Below, one piece after another: positions 27,800 through 40,144 of a stretch of 64,000 nt of DNA. Location: NCBI GenBank assembly GCA_964016885.1, contig OZ024766.1, positions 20,894,001-20,958,000 of the forward strand, written 5' to 3'. Both the position numbers and the translations under genes were made by a program. Origin of the DNA: Eledone cirrhosa. Its lineage: Eukaryota. How positions within the stretch are numbered: the stretch's first letter is position 1; the number at the start of each line of letters is the position of its first letter. The notes beneath the pieces were generated by a model, which saw only the letters and a list, made by a program, of their open reading frames with translations, was not told the DNA's origin and ran no database searches.

Positions 27800-30700
27800 C
27801 TATATATCATCTACCTGTCACCCACCTTGTGGCTTGTCTCTCTGTTGACCACTGGTCACTGGTCTGTCCTCTGAGACATTATATATCATCTGCCTGTCAC
27901 CCACCTTGTGGATTGTCTCTCTGTTGACCACTGGTCACTGGTCTCTGTCCTCTGAGACATTATATATCATCTACCTGTCACCCACCTTGTGGATTGTCTC
28001 TCTGTTGACCACTGACCGCTGGTCTCTGTCTTCTGAGACATTATATATCATCTGTCTGTCACCCACCTTGTAGATTGTCTCTCTGTTGACCACTGGTCAC
28101 TGTCTTCTGAGACATTATATATCATCTACCTGTCACCCACCTTGTAGATTGTCTCTCTGTTGACCACTGGCTGCTGGTCTCTGTCCTCTGAGACATTATA
28201 TATCATCTACCTGTCACCCACCTTGTGGATTGTCTCTCTGTTGACCACTGACCGCTGGTCTCTGTCTTCTGAGACATTATATATCATCTACCTGTCACCC
28301 ACCTTGTAGATTGTCTCTCTGTTGACCACTGGTCACTGGTCTCTGTCCCCTGAGACATTATATATCATCTACCTGTCACCCACCTTGTGTATTGTCTCTC
28401 TGTTGACCACTGGTCACTGGTCTCTGTCCTCTGAGACATTATATATCATCTACCTGTCACCCACCTTGTGTATTGTCTCTCTGTTGACCACTGGTCACTG
28501 GTCTCTGTCCTCTCAGACATTATATATCATCTACCTGTCACCCACCTTGTGGATTGTCTCTCTGTTGACCACTGGTCTCTGGTCTCTGTCCTCTGAGACA
28601 TTATATATCATCTGCCTGTCACCCATCTTGTGGCTTGTCTCTCTGTTGACCACTGGTCACTGGTCTCTGTCCTCTGAGACATTATATATCATCTACCTGT
28701 CACCCACCTTGTGGATTGTCTCTCTGTTGACCACTGGTCACTGGTCTCTGTCCTCTGAGACATTATATATCATCTGCCTGTCACCCACCTTGTGGCTTGT
28801 CTCTCTGTTGACCACTGGTCACTGGTCTCTGTCCTCTGAGACATTATATATCATCTGCCTGTCACCCACCTTGTGGATTGTCTCTCTGTTGACCACTGGT
28901 CACTGGTCTCTGTCCTCTGAGACATTATATATCATCTACCTGTCACCCACCTTGTGGATTGTCTCTCTGTTGACCACTGGTCACTGGTCTCTGTCCTCTG
29001 AGACATTATATATCATCTACCTGTCACCCACCTTGTAGATTGTCTCTCTGTTGACCACTGGTCACTGGTCTCTGTCCTCTGAGACATTATATATCATCTA
29101 CCTGTCACCCATCTTGTGGATTGTCTCTCTGTTGACCACTGGTCACTGGTCTCTGTCCTCTGAGACATTATATATCATCTACCTGTCACCCACCTTGTAG
29201 ATTGTCTCTCTGTTGACCACTGGTCACTGGTCTCTGTCCTCTGAGACATTATATATCATCTACCTGTCACCCATCTTGTGGATTGTCTCTCTGTTGACCA
29301 CTGGTCACTGGTCTCTGTCCTCTGAGACATTATATATCATCTACCTGTCACCCACCTTGTAGATTGTCTCTCTGTTGACCACTGGTCACTGGTCTCTGTC
29401 CTCTGAGACATTATATATCATCTACCTGTCACCCACCTTGTAGATTGTCTCTCTGTTGACCACTGGTCACTGGTCTCTGTCCTCTGAGACATTATATATC
29501 ATCTACCTGTCACCCACCTTGTGGATTGTCCCTCTGTTGACCACTGGTCACTGGTCTCTGTCCTCTGAGACATTATATATCATCTACCTGTCACCCACCT
29601 TGTGGATTGTCTCTCTGTTGACCACTGGTCACTGGTCTCTGTCCTCTGAGACATTATATATCATCTACCTGTCACCCATCTTGTGGATTGTCTCTCTGTT
29701 GACCACTGGTCACTGGTCTCTGTCCTCTGAGACATTATATATCATCTGCCTGTCACCCACCTTGTGGATTGTCTCTCTGTTGACCACTGGTCACTGGTCT
29801 GTCCTCTGATACATTATATATCATCTACCTGTCACCCACCTTGTGGATTGTCTCTCTGTTGACCACTGGTCACTGGTCTCTGTCCTCTGAGACATTATAT
29901 ATCATCTACCTGTCACCCACCTTGTGGATTGTCTCTCTGTTGACCACTGGTCACTGGTCTCTGAGACATTACATATCATCTACCTGTCACCCACCTTGTA
30001 GATTGTCTCTCTGTTGACCACTGGTCTGTCCTCTGAGACATTATATATCATCTGCCTGTCACCCACCTTGTGGCTTGTCTCTCTGTTGACCACTGACCAC
30101 TGGTCACTGTCTTCTGAGACATTATATATCATCTACCTGTCACCCACCTTGTGGATTGTCTCTCTGTTGACCACTGGTCACTGCTCTCTGTCCTCTGACA
30201 CATTATATATCATCTGCCTGTCACCCACCTTGTGGATTGTCTCTCTGTTGACCACTGGTCACTGTCCTCTCAGACATTATATATCATCTGCCTGTCACCT
30301 ACCTTGTGGATTGTCTCTCTGTTGACCACTGGCCGCTGGTCTCTGTCCTCTGAGACATTATATATCATCTGTCTGTCACCCACCTTGTGGTTTGTCTCTC
30401 TGTTGACCACTGGCCACTGGTCTCTGTCCTCTGAGACATTATATATCATCTACCTGTCACCCACCTTGTGGATTGTCTCTCTGTTGACCACTGGTCACTG
30501 CTCTCTGTCCTCTGACACATTATATATCATCTGCCTGTCACCCACCTTGTGGATTGTCTCTCTGTTGACCACTGGTCACTGTCCTCTCAGACATTATATA
30601 TCATCTGCCTGTCACCTACCTTGTGGATTGTCTCTCTGTTGACCACTGGTCACTGGTCTCTGTCCTCTGAGACATTATATATCATCTACCTGTCACCCAC

Positions 30701-33700
30701 CTTGTGGATTGTCTCTCTGTTGACCACTGGTCACTGCTCTCTGTCCTCTGAGACATTATATATCATCTACCTGTCACCCACCTTGTGGATTGTCTCTCTG
30801 TTGACCACTGGTCACTGCTCTCTGTCCTCTGAGACATTATATATCATCTACCTGTCACCCACCTTGTGGATTGTCTCTCTGTTGACCACTGGTCACTGGT
30901 CTCTGTCCTCTGAGACATTATATATCATCTGTCTGTCACCCACCTTGTAGATTGTCTCTCTGTTGACCACTGGTCACTGGTCTCTGTCCTCTGAGACATT
31001 ATATATCATCTGCCTGTCACCCACCTTGTGGATTGTCTCTCTGTTGACCACTGGTCACTGGTCTCTGTCCTCTGAGACATTATATATCATCTGTCTGTCA
31101 CCCACCTTGTAGATTGTCTCTCTGTTGACCACTGGTCACTGGTCTCTGTCTTCTGAGACATTATATATCATCTACCTGTCACCCACCTTGTGGATTGTCT
31201 CTCTGTTGACCACTGGTCACTGGTCTGTCCTCTGAGACATTATATATCATCTACCTGTCACCCACCTTGTGGATTGTCTCTCTGTTGACCACTGGTCACT
31301 GGTCTCTGTCCTCTGAGACATTATATATCATCTGCCTGTCACCCACCTTGTGGCTTGTCTCTCTGTTGACCACTGGTCACTGGTCTCTGTCCTCTGAGAC
31401 ATTATATATCATCTGCCTGTCACCCACCTTGTGGATTGTCTCTCTGTTGACCACTGGTCACTGGTCTCTGTCCTCTGAGACATTATATATCATCTACCTG
31501 TCACCCACCTTGTGGATTGTCTCTCTGTTGACCACTGGTCACTGGTCTCTGTCCTCTGAGACATTATATATCATCTACCTGTCACCCACCTTGTAGATTG
31601 TCTCTCTGTTGACCACTGGTCACTGGTCTCTGTCCTCTGAGACATTATATATCATCTACCTGTCACCCATCTTGTGGATTGTCTCTCTGTTGACCACTGG
31701 TCACTGGTCTCTGTCCTCTGAGACATTATATATCATCTACCTGTCACCCACCTTGTAGATTGTCTCTCTGTTGACCACTGGTCACTGGTCTCTGTCCTCT
31801 GAGACATTATATATCATCTACCTGTCACCCATCTTGTGGATTGTCTCTCTGTTGACCACTGGTCACTGGTCTCTGTCCTCTGAGACATTATATATCATCT
31901 ACCTGTCACCCACCTTGTAGATTGTCTCTCTGTTGACCACTGGTCACTGGTCTCTGTCCTCTGAGACATTATATATCATCTACCTGTCACCCACCTTGTA
32001 GATTGTCTCTCTGTTGACCACTGGTCACTGGTCTCTGTCCTCTGAGACATTATATATCATCTACCTGTCACCCACCTTGTGGATTGTCCCTCTGTTGACC
32101 ACTGGTCACTGGTCTCTGTCCTCTGAGACATTATATATCATCTACCTGTCACCCACCTTGTGGATTGTCTCTCTGTTGACCACTGGTCACTGGTCTCTGT
32201 CCTCTGAGACATTATATATCATCTACCTGTCACCCATCTTGTGGATTGTCTCTCTGTTGACCACTGGTCACTGGTCTCTGTCCTCTGAGACATTATATAT
32301 CATCTGCCTGTCACCCACCTTGTGGATTGTCTCTCTGTTGACCACTGGTCACTGGTCTGTCCTCTGATACATTATATATCATCTACCTGTCACCCACCTT
32401 GTGGATTGTCTCTCTGTTGACCACTGGTCACTGGTCTCTGTCCTCTGAGACATTATATATCATCTACCTGTCACCCACCTTGTGGATTGTCTCTCTGTTG
32501 ACCACTGGTCACTGGTCTCTGAGACATTACATATCATCTACCTGTCACCCACCTTGTAGATTGTCTCTCTGTTGACCACTGGTCTGTCCTCTGAGACATT
32601 ATATATCATCTGCCTGTCACCCACCTTGTGGCTTGTCTCTCTGTTGACCACTGACCACTGGTCACTGTCTTCTGAGACATTATATATCATCTACCTGTCA
32701 CCCACCTTGTGGATTGTCTCTCTGTTGACCACTGGTCACTGCTCTCTGTCCTCTGACACATTATATATCATCTGCCTGTCACCCACCTTGTGGATTGTCT
32801 CTCTGTTGACCACTGGTCACTGTCCTCTCAGACATTATATATCATCTGCCTGTCACCTACCTTGTGGATTGTCTCTCTGTTGACCACTGGCCGCTGGTCT
32901 CTGTCCTCTGAGACATTATATATCATCTGTCTGTCACCCACCTTGTGGTTTGTCTCTCTGTTGACCACTGGCCACTGGTCTCTGTCCTCTGAGACATTAT
33001 ATATCATCTACCTGTCACCCACCTTGTGGATTGTCTCTCTGTTGACCACTGGTCACTGCTCTCTGTCCTCTGACACATTATATATCATCTGCCTGTCACC
33101 CACCTTGTGGATTGTCTCTCTGTTGACCACTGGTCACTGTCCTCTCAGACATTATATATCATCTGCCTGTCACCTACCTTGTGGATTGTCTCTCTGTTGA
33201 CCACTGGTCACTGGTCTCTGTCCTCTGAGACATTATATATCATCTACCTGTCACCCACCTTGTGGATTGTCTCTCTGTTGACCACTGGTCACTGCTCTCT
33301 GTCCTCTGAGACATTATATATCATCTACCTGTCACCCACCTTGTGGATTGTCTCTCTGTTGACCACTGGTCACTGCTCTCTGTCCTCTGAGACATTATAT
33401 ATCATCTACCTGTCACCCACCTTGTGGATTGTCTCTCTGTTGACCACTGGTCACTGGTCTCTGTCCTCTGAGACATTATATATCATCTGTCTGTCACCCA
33501 CCTTGTAGATTGTCTCTCTGTTGACCACTGGTCACTGGTCTCTGTCCTCTGAGACATTATATATCATCTGCCTGTCACCCACCTTGTGGATTGTCTCTCT
33601 GTTGACCACTGGTCACTGGTCTCTGTCCTCTGAGACATTATATATCATCTGTCTGTCACCCACCTTGTAGATTGTCTCTCTGTTGACCACTGGTCACTGG

Positions 33701-34758
33701 TCTCTGTCTTCTGAGACATTATATATCATCTACCTGTCACCCACCTTGTGGATTGTCTCTCTGTTGACCACTGGTCACTGGTCTGTCCTCTGAGACATTA
33801 TATATCATCTGTCTGTCACCCACCTTGTGGATTGTCTCTCTGTTGACCACTGGTCACTGGTCTCTGTCCTCTGAGACATTATATATCATCTACCTGTCAC
33901 CCACCTTGTGGATTGTCTCTCTGTTGACCACTGGTCACTGTCCTCTGAGACATTATATATCATCTACCTGTCACCCACCTTGTGGATTGTCTCTCTGTTG
34001 ACCACTGGTCACTGTCCTCTGAGACATTATATATCATCTACCTGTCACCCACCTTGTGGATTGTCTCTCTGTTGACCACTGACCACTGGTCTCTGTCTTC
34101 TGAGACATTATATATCATCTGTCTGTCACCCACCTTGTGTATTGTCTCTCTGTTGACCACTGGTCGCTGGTCACTGTCCTCTGAGACATTATATATCATC
34201 TACCTGTCACCCACCTTGTGGATTGTCTCTCTGTTGACCACTGGTCACTGTCCTCTGAGACATTATATATCATCTGTCTGTCACCCACCTTGTAGATTGT
34301 CTCTCTGTTGACCACTGGTCACTGGTCTCTGTCCTCTGAGACATTATATATCATCTACCTGTCACCCACCTTGTGGATTGTCTCTCTGTTGACCACTGGT
34401 CACTGGTCTCTGTCCTCTGAGACATTATATATCATCTGCCTGTCACCCACCTTGTGGATTGTCTCTCTGTTGACCACTGGTCACTGCTCTCTGTCCTCTG
34501 AGACATTATATATCATCTACCTGTCACCCACCTTGTGGACTGTCTCTCTGTTGACCACTGGTCACTGGTCTGTCCTCTGAGACATTATATATCATCTACC
34601 TGTCACCCACCTTGTGGATTGTCTCTCTGTTGACCACTGGTCACTGGTCTCTGTCCTCTGAGACATTATATATCATCTACCTGTCACCCACCTTGTGGAT
34701 TGTCTCTCTGTTGACCACTGGTCACTGGTCTCTGTCCTCTGAGACATTATATATCATC
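27800..34758. repeat. 81-bp satellite (about 86 copies) with a 2558-bp higher-order duplication
   Basis: 27-aa period in the ORF track; identical ORFs offset by 2558 (29456/32014, 30014/32572, 30232/32790, 30549/33107). Confidence 0.95.
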
Positions 34759-35850
34759 ACCGTTCTACGTCCGTTCTTCCACGCTAGCATGGGTTAGACG
34801 GATTGTCCTGTTGTGGGCAGTGTCCGGTCGGCTGACCATGCCTTGCTCGTACGGGAACTGATTCTGGCTTGATTTCTACAGCTGGATGCCTTTCCTAACA
34901 CCAACCTCATTTACAGTGAGTGCTGGGTGCTTTTTTTCCGTGGCACCTCCACGACCACTTTACAGTGTGGACTGGGTGCTTTTTGTCGTGACACCTACAT
35001 GACCACTTTACAGTGTGGACTGGGTGCTTTTTGTCGTGACACCTACATGACCACTTTACAGTGTGGACTGGGTGCTTTTTGTCGTGACACCTACATGACC
35101 ACTTTACAGTGTGGACTGGGTGCTTTTTGTCGTGACACTTACATGACCACTTTACAGTGTGGACTGGGTGCTTTTTGTTGTGACACCTACATGACCACTT
35201 TACAGTGGACTGGGTGTTTTTTGTTGTGACACCTACATGACCACTTTACAGTGTGGACTGGGTACTTTTTGTTGACACCTACATGACCACTTTACAGTGT
35301 GGACTGGGTACTGTTTGTTGTGACACCTACATGACCACTTTACAGTGTGGACTGGGTACTGTTTGTTGTGACACCTACATGACCACTTTACAGTGTGGAC
35401 TGGGTGCTTTTTGTTGTGACACCTACATGACCACTTTACAGTGTGGACTGGGTGCTATTTGTTGTGACACCTACATGACCACTTTACAGTGTGGACTGGG
35501 TACTTTTTGTTGTGACACCTACATGACCACTTTACAGTGTGGACTGGGTACTGTTTGTTGTGACACCTACATGACCACTTTACAGTGTGGACTGGGTACT
35601 GTTTGTTGTGACACCTACATGACCACTTTACAGTGTGGACTGGGTACTGTTTGTTGTGACACCTACATGACCACTTTACAGTGTGGACTGGGTGCTTTTT
35701 GTTGTGACACCTACATGACCACTTTACAGTGTGGACTGGGTGCTATTTGTTGTGACACCTACATGACCACTTTACAGTGTGGACTGGGTGCTTTTTGTTG
35801 TGACACCTACATGACCACTTTACAGTGTGGACTGGATGCTTTTTATCATG
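34758..35850 (+). repeat. Dispersed repeat head plus 48-bp tandem array (gaccactttacagtgtggactgggtgc...)
   Basis: 16-aa period MTTLQCGLGAFCRDTY; head ctacagctggatgcc...cctaacaccaacctcatttacagtg shared with the loci at 37370, 55860, 60300(-) and 61550. Confidence 0.88.
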
Positions 35851-36022
35851 TGACTAACATTACTAACCTCAGTATATAACTGGTATGGTAAGTTATCGGC
35901 CCCTTCTACTCTCAGTTGAACACAGAATAAGATTAAACAAAATAATTTCATGATAAAAATATTTTATTTATTAAATAGAAACATAATTATAAAAATATAA
36001 ATATATAAACACACACATATAA

Positions 36023-36064
<42 letters not shown>

Positions 36065-36169
36065 ACGCATGCTCATACACACACATACATATATAAATAC
36101 ACAAACTCAAACATATATAAATAAATATAAGTATATTAACATATATAAATATAAAGAAATATAAAGAAG

Positions 36170-36372
36170 TGCCAAGAAATGCCAGTAGAAGGAAGACGTG
36201 GTAGAGGAAGACCACGAAAAACATGGGCGGAGGTGGTGAGAGCAGACCTCAGATCGCTGAAGCTCACGGAGGAGATGACGAAGGACCGTGACAAGTGGAG
36301 AAGAGATGCTGTGCTGAATAGGACCCATCCCACCCTTGCAAGCAGGGAAAAGGGGACGTAAAATTATGATGA
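36170..36372 (+). mobile_element. RTE-clade LINE 3' fragment
   Basis: VEGRRGRGRPRKTWAEVVRADL...DRDKWR is typical of RTE ORF C-termini; (GAT)n tail. Confidence 0.75.
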
Positions 36373-36374
36373 TT

Positions 36375-36562
36375 TGGATTGACAGTATCAGTAGAGAGTC
36401 GGACGTCATGCTTTGACGCATAGAGTTACGTCCCTTTACGATCTGAGTTCAAATCCCGCCGAGGTTGACTTTGCCTTTCATCCTTACGGGGTCGATAAAA
36501 TAAAGTACCAGTAATGCACTGGGTAATTGCTGGCCTTGTGCCTAAAGTAGAAACAATTATTT
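36375..36562 (+). mobile_element. tRNA-derived SINE
   Basis: Near-identical to 3240-3432. Confidence 0.82.
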
Positions 36563-36568
36563 ATATAT

Positions 36569-37037
36569 AGTCTTAGGTGAGCCATTCAGAAAGATTTGCA
36601 GGCCACACGTTGCCCACGCCCGCTATAAACCTTTACTTCAGTGGTGGTGTCGTGCATCAGCACCTGATGATGTAGCTGCAGCGACGCAGCTGTTTTTTAT
36701 GTGGCAATGTTTCTGGCATATTTTAGTCTTAGGTGAGCCATTCAGAAAGATTTGCAGGCCACACGTTGCCCATGCCCGCTATAAACCTTTACTTCAGTGG
36801 TGGTGTCGTGCATCAGCACCTGATGATGTAGCTGCAGCGACGCAGCTGTTTGTTATGTGGCAATGTTTCTGGCATATTTTAGTCTTAGGTGAGCCATTCA
36901 GAAAGATTTGCAGGCCACACGTTGCCCATGCCCGCTATAAACCTTTACTTCAGTGGTGGTGTCGTGCACCAGCACCTGATGATGTAGCTGCAGCGACGCA
37001 GCTGTTTGTTATGTGGCAATGTTTCTTGCATATTTTA
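36569..37037. repeat. 156-bp unit x3 covering the ZP-A C-terminal codons, stop codon and proximal 3'UTR
   Basis: tcttaggtgag at 36571, 36727 and 36883. Confidence 0.92.
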
Positions 37038-37273
37038 AACGTGCAGAAAATTTGGCCGATGTAATTGTTCCCCTTTGGTTTGTGGATTAAGAAATAGGGG
37101 CTGACAATCGTGTCGCCATTGTTCAGAAATCCTGCTCCCTTCGCGAACGGTGACCCCGTGCCACATCCGTTCTTCAGCAGGAGCATGCGCTTGTGGCCCG
37201 CCTTAGCGTAGCAGCTCTTTATGACGATGTTGTGGATTTTGTTGGAGTCATTCATTTCGGCAATGAGACGAAC
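36950..37273 (-). CDS. ZP-A exon 4: VEZP/VERL-type ZP-C domain
   Basis: caccaccag|GTT; VRLIAEM...KSCYA...LLKNGCGTGSPFAKGAGF...IVSPYF...FCTFKICKKHCHITNSC...RHHH-TGA; the GCG-G...GF...SPYF...C-F--C motif is recognised from abalone VEZP/VERL ZP-C. Confidence 0.88.
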   Translation of the reverse strand, partial: VRLIAEMNDSNKIHNIVIKSCYAKAGHKRMLLLKNGCGTGSPFAKGAGFLNNGDTIVSPYFLIHKPKGNNYIGQIFCTFKICKKHCHITNSCVAAATSSGAGARHHH

Positions 37274-37374
37274 CTGGTGGTGATGGAGAAAGAGAAAATA
37301 GAAGGCAAAAATAAATGAATCCTGTTGAATTCAGAAGCATTGAGAAGGTATTTAAATATGTAAATCTATATATG

Positions 37375-38160
37375 GCTTGATCTCTACAGCTGGATGCCCT
37401 TCCTAACACCAACCTCATTTACAGTGTGTATGTATATATATATATATATCTCATCATCATCATCATTTTACGTCCACTTTTCCCTGCTTGCAAGGATGGG
37501 ACGGGAACTGATTCTGGCTTGATTTCTACAGCTGGATGCCCTTCCTAACACCAACCTCATTTACAGTGAGTGCTGGGTGCTTTTTTTGCCGTGGCACCTC
37601 CACGACCACTTTACAGTGAGTGCTGGGTGCTTTTTTTGCCGTGGCACCTCCACGTCCACTTTACAGTGAGTGCTGGGTGCTTTTTTGCCGTGGCACCTCC
37701 ACGACCACTTTACAGTGAGTGCTGGGTGCTTTTTTGCCGTGGCACCTCCACGACCACTTTACAGTGAGTGCTGGGTGCTTTTTTGCCGTGGCACCTCCAC
37801 GACCACTTTACAGTGAGTGCTGGGTGCTTTTTTGCCGTGGCACCTCCACGACCACTTTACAGTGAGTGCTGGGTGCTTTTTTTGCCGTGGCACCTCCACG
37901 ACCACTTTACAGTGAGTGCTGGGTGCTTTTTTGCCGTGGCACCTCCACGACCACTTTACAGTGAGTGCTGGGTGCTTTTTGTGCCGTGGCACCTCCACGA
38001 CCACTTTACAGTGAGTGCTGGGTGCTTTTTTGCCGTGGCACCTCCACGACCACTTTACAGTGAGTGCTGGGTGCTTTTTTGCCGTGGCACCTCCACGACC
38101 ACTTTACAGTGAGTGCTGGGTGCTTTTTTGCCGTGGCACCTCCACGACCACTTTGCAGTG
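37375..38160 (+). repeat. Dispersed repeat head plus 49/50-bp tandem array (agtgagtgctgggtgcttttttgccgtggcacctccacgaccactttac)
   Basis: About 12 copies; same family as 34758, different variant. Confidence 0.88.
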
Positions 38161-38184
38161 GAATGATAGGGACCCCAGTCCCTA

Positions 38185-38332
38185 TCATCTCATTTCTACA
38201 GCTGAGTAAACTGGAGCAATGTGAAATAAAGTGTCTTGCTCAAGGAAACAACACATCACCCGGTCTGAGAATTGAACTCACAACCTTTCGATTGCAAGCC
38301 CAATGCTCTAACCACTAAGCCATGTACCTCCA
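38185..38332 (-). mobile_element. tRNA-headed CORE-like SINE 5' part
   Basis: Minus strand A-box TGGCTTAGTGG, B-box GAGTTCAATTC, then CCTTGAGCAAGACACTT core. Confidence 0.7.
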
Positions 38333-38507
38333 CACACACACGCACACACACACACAGAACAGTACTGGTGTTGATACAATTGACTAAATCACTAAATCAA
38401 GGCAGTGCCCCAGCATGGCCACAGTCGAACGACTGAAACCAGTAAAAGTGAAATAATAAAAACAAGAAAACAATGAATCTGGACATGGATGAAGTCCTTC
38501 AACTCAC

Positions 38508-39280
38508 CTTCTTTGTTGCCGTTACCCTGGTAACCGTTTGTCCTTTCACATCCTTCAGTCGCATAAGAATGTTGTGTCTCTTTTTGACGCTGATCCTTGC
38601 TGTGGTCTTCGCGGGACCCTTTGACCCCGATATTCCGGGCTTGGCCCCGTTTGGGTGTCTTGTTAAACCTGTGTGAGGCGCGGCCCCTGAATGAATCCCG
38701 TGGATGGGGCTGGCGTGTGAGTGACCCAGCCCAGAATGACCCCCGGGAAAAGAGCCGGCCCCAGAATGACCTCTGTGAAAAGGGCCGGCCCCAGAATGAC
38801 CTCCGTATAAAGGGCCGGCGGCCCCAGAATGACCTCCATGAAAAGGGCCACCGGCCCCAGAATGAGCACCGTGAAAAGGGCCGGCCCCAGAATGACCTCT
38901 GTGAAAAGGGCCGGCCCCAGAATGACCTCCGTGAAAAGGGCCACCGCCGGCCCCAGAATGACCCGCGGGAAAAGGGCCTACCCCGAAATGAGGCGCCGCG
39001 CCACCCACCGCCGCCACACGGGCGTGGTGGTCCTCTGCCCCAGCAGCCGCCGGCGCGAGGGCGACCGAGGTGTTGGCGCCGGCGCCGGCGCCGGCCCCCG
39101 TCCGTCCGTGCCTCTCGAACGAGCACACGATGTCGTACTTCTTGAGCAGGAGCTTCGAGGCAGTGGTGCCGACCAGCAGCTGGATGGAGAAGATGTCCAG
39201 GTGCCCCTGACGCCCCATTCGGCAGGTGTGTGTGTCACAGGTGTGCTGGTGGCAGATGGGAATCACTAATTGGAACTCAC
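38508..39280 (-). CDS. ZP-A exon 3: rest of ZP-N, Gly/His-rich GHSGAGPFH repeat linker, start of ZP-C
   Basis: ctatttccag|GT GAG...AAG AAG|gtgagt; 773 bp, phase 1 to 0, stop-free; GC-rich. Confidence 0.88.
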
Positions 39281-39299
39281 CTGGAAATAGAGAAGGACA

Positions 39300-39415
39300 T
39301 GTTTATATATATGTGTGTGTGTGTGTGTGTGTTTGTGGGGGTTTATGTGTGTGTGTGTGTGTTTATGTGTGTGTTTGTGTGTGTGTGTGTGTATCTATAT
39401 ATGTGTGTGTGTGTG

Positions 39416-39448
<33 letters not shown>

Positions 39449-39449
39449 A

Positions 39450-39482
<33 letters not shown>

Positions 39483-39525
39483 TTATGTGTGTGTGTGTAT
39501 ATATGTGTGTGTGTATATATATGTG

Positions 39526-39556
<31 letters not shown>

Positions 39557-39611
39557 ATGTGTGTGTGTATATGTGTGTATATGTGTGTATATGTGTGTAT
39601 ATATGTGTGTA

Positions 39612-39665
<54 letters not shown>

Positions 39666-39703
39666 TGTGTATATATATATATATATGTGTGTGTATGTGT
39701 GTG

Positions 39704-39738
<35 letters not shown>

Positions 39739-39759
39739 GTGTGCGTGTGTATATATATA

Positions 39760-39790
<31 letters not shown>

Positions 39791-39839
39791 GTGTGCGTGT
39801 GTGTGTGTATATATATATGTGTGTGTGTATATATATATA

Positions 39840-39872
<33 letters not shown>

Positions 39873-39890
39873 GTGTGTATATTATATAAA
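39300..39890. repeat. (TG)n/(TA)n microsatellite (ZP-A intron 2)
   Basis: Direct reading. Confidence 0.92.
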
Positions 39891-39905
39891 GGTGTGTATA
39901 CTCAC

Positions 39906-40073
39906 CTGGTTCCCTAGAAAAGACGTGGTCCCCATCTTTACACTTAGCCCAAACGTAGAGGTCAAGCAGAGAGGTCAGCAGGATCCTGTCGTTGCACACT
40001 ACGTCTACATGGATAGGGGCGGTCGTGGTTGGAGTGGCGATTGGTAACAGACAGAGCAGTGAGAGGAGGGTGA
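39906..40073 (-). CDS. ZP-A exon 2: signal-peptide core and first half of ZP-N
   Basis: ctccacag|TC ACC...CCA G|gtgagt; 168 bp, phase 1 to 1; [56 protein letters not shown]. Confidence 0.88.
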
Positions 40074-40144
40074 CTGTGGAGAGAGAGAGAGAGAGAGAGG
40101 GAGAGAGGGAGAGAGGCAGAGAAAGATATGGTGTTATATTGAGT

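Noticed and set aside
27800-34797. Hydrophobic 27-aa repeat ORFs
   Set aside because: Translations of the 81-bp satellite, with frequent stops and frameshifts.
36661-36690. CTGATGA motifs in the 156-bp repeat
   Set aside because: No downstream GAAA or stem III; antisense of ZP-A coding sequence.
38255-38332. tRNA-like sequence
   Set aside because: Head of a SINE that continues into a core domain; no convincing acceptor stem.
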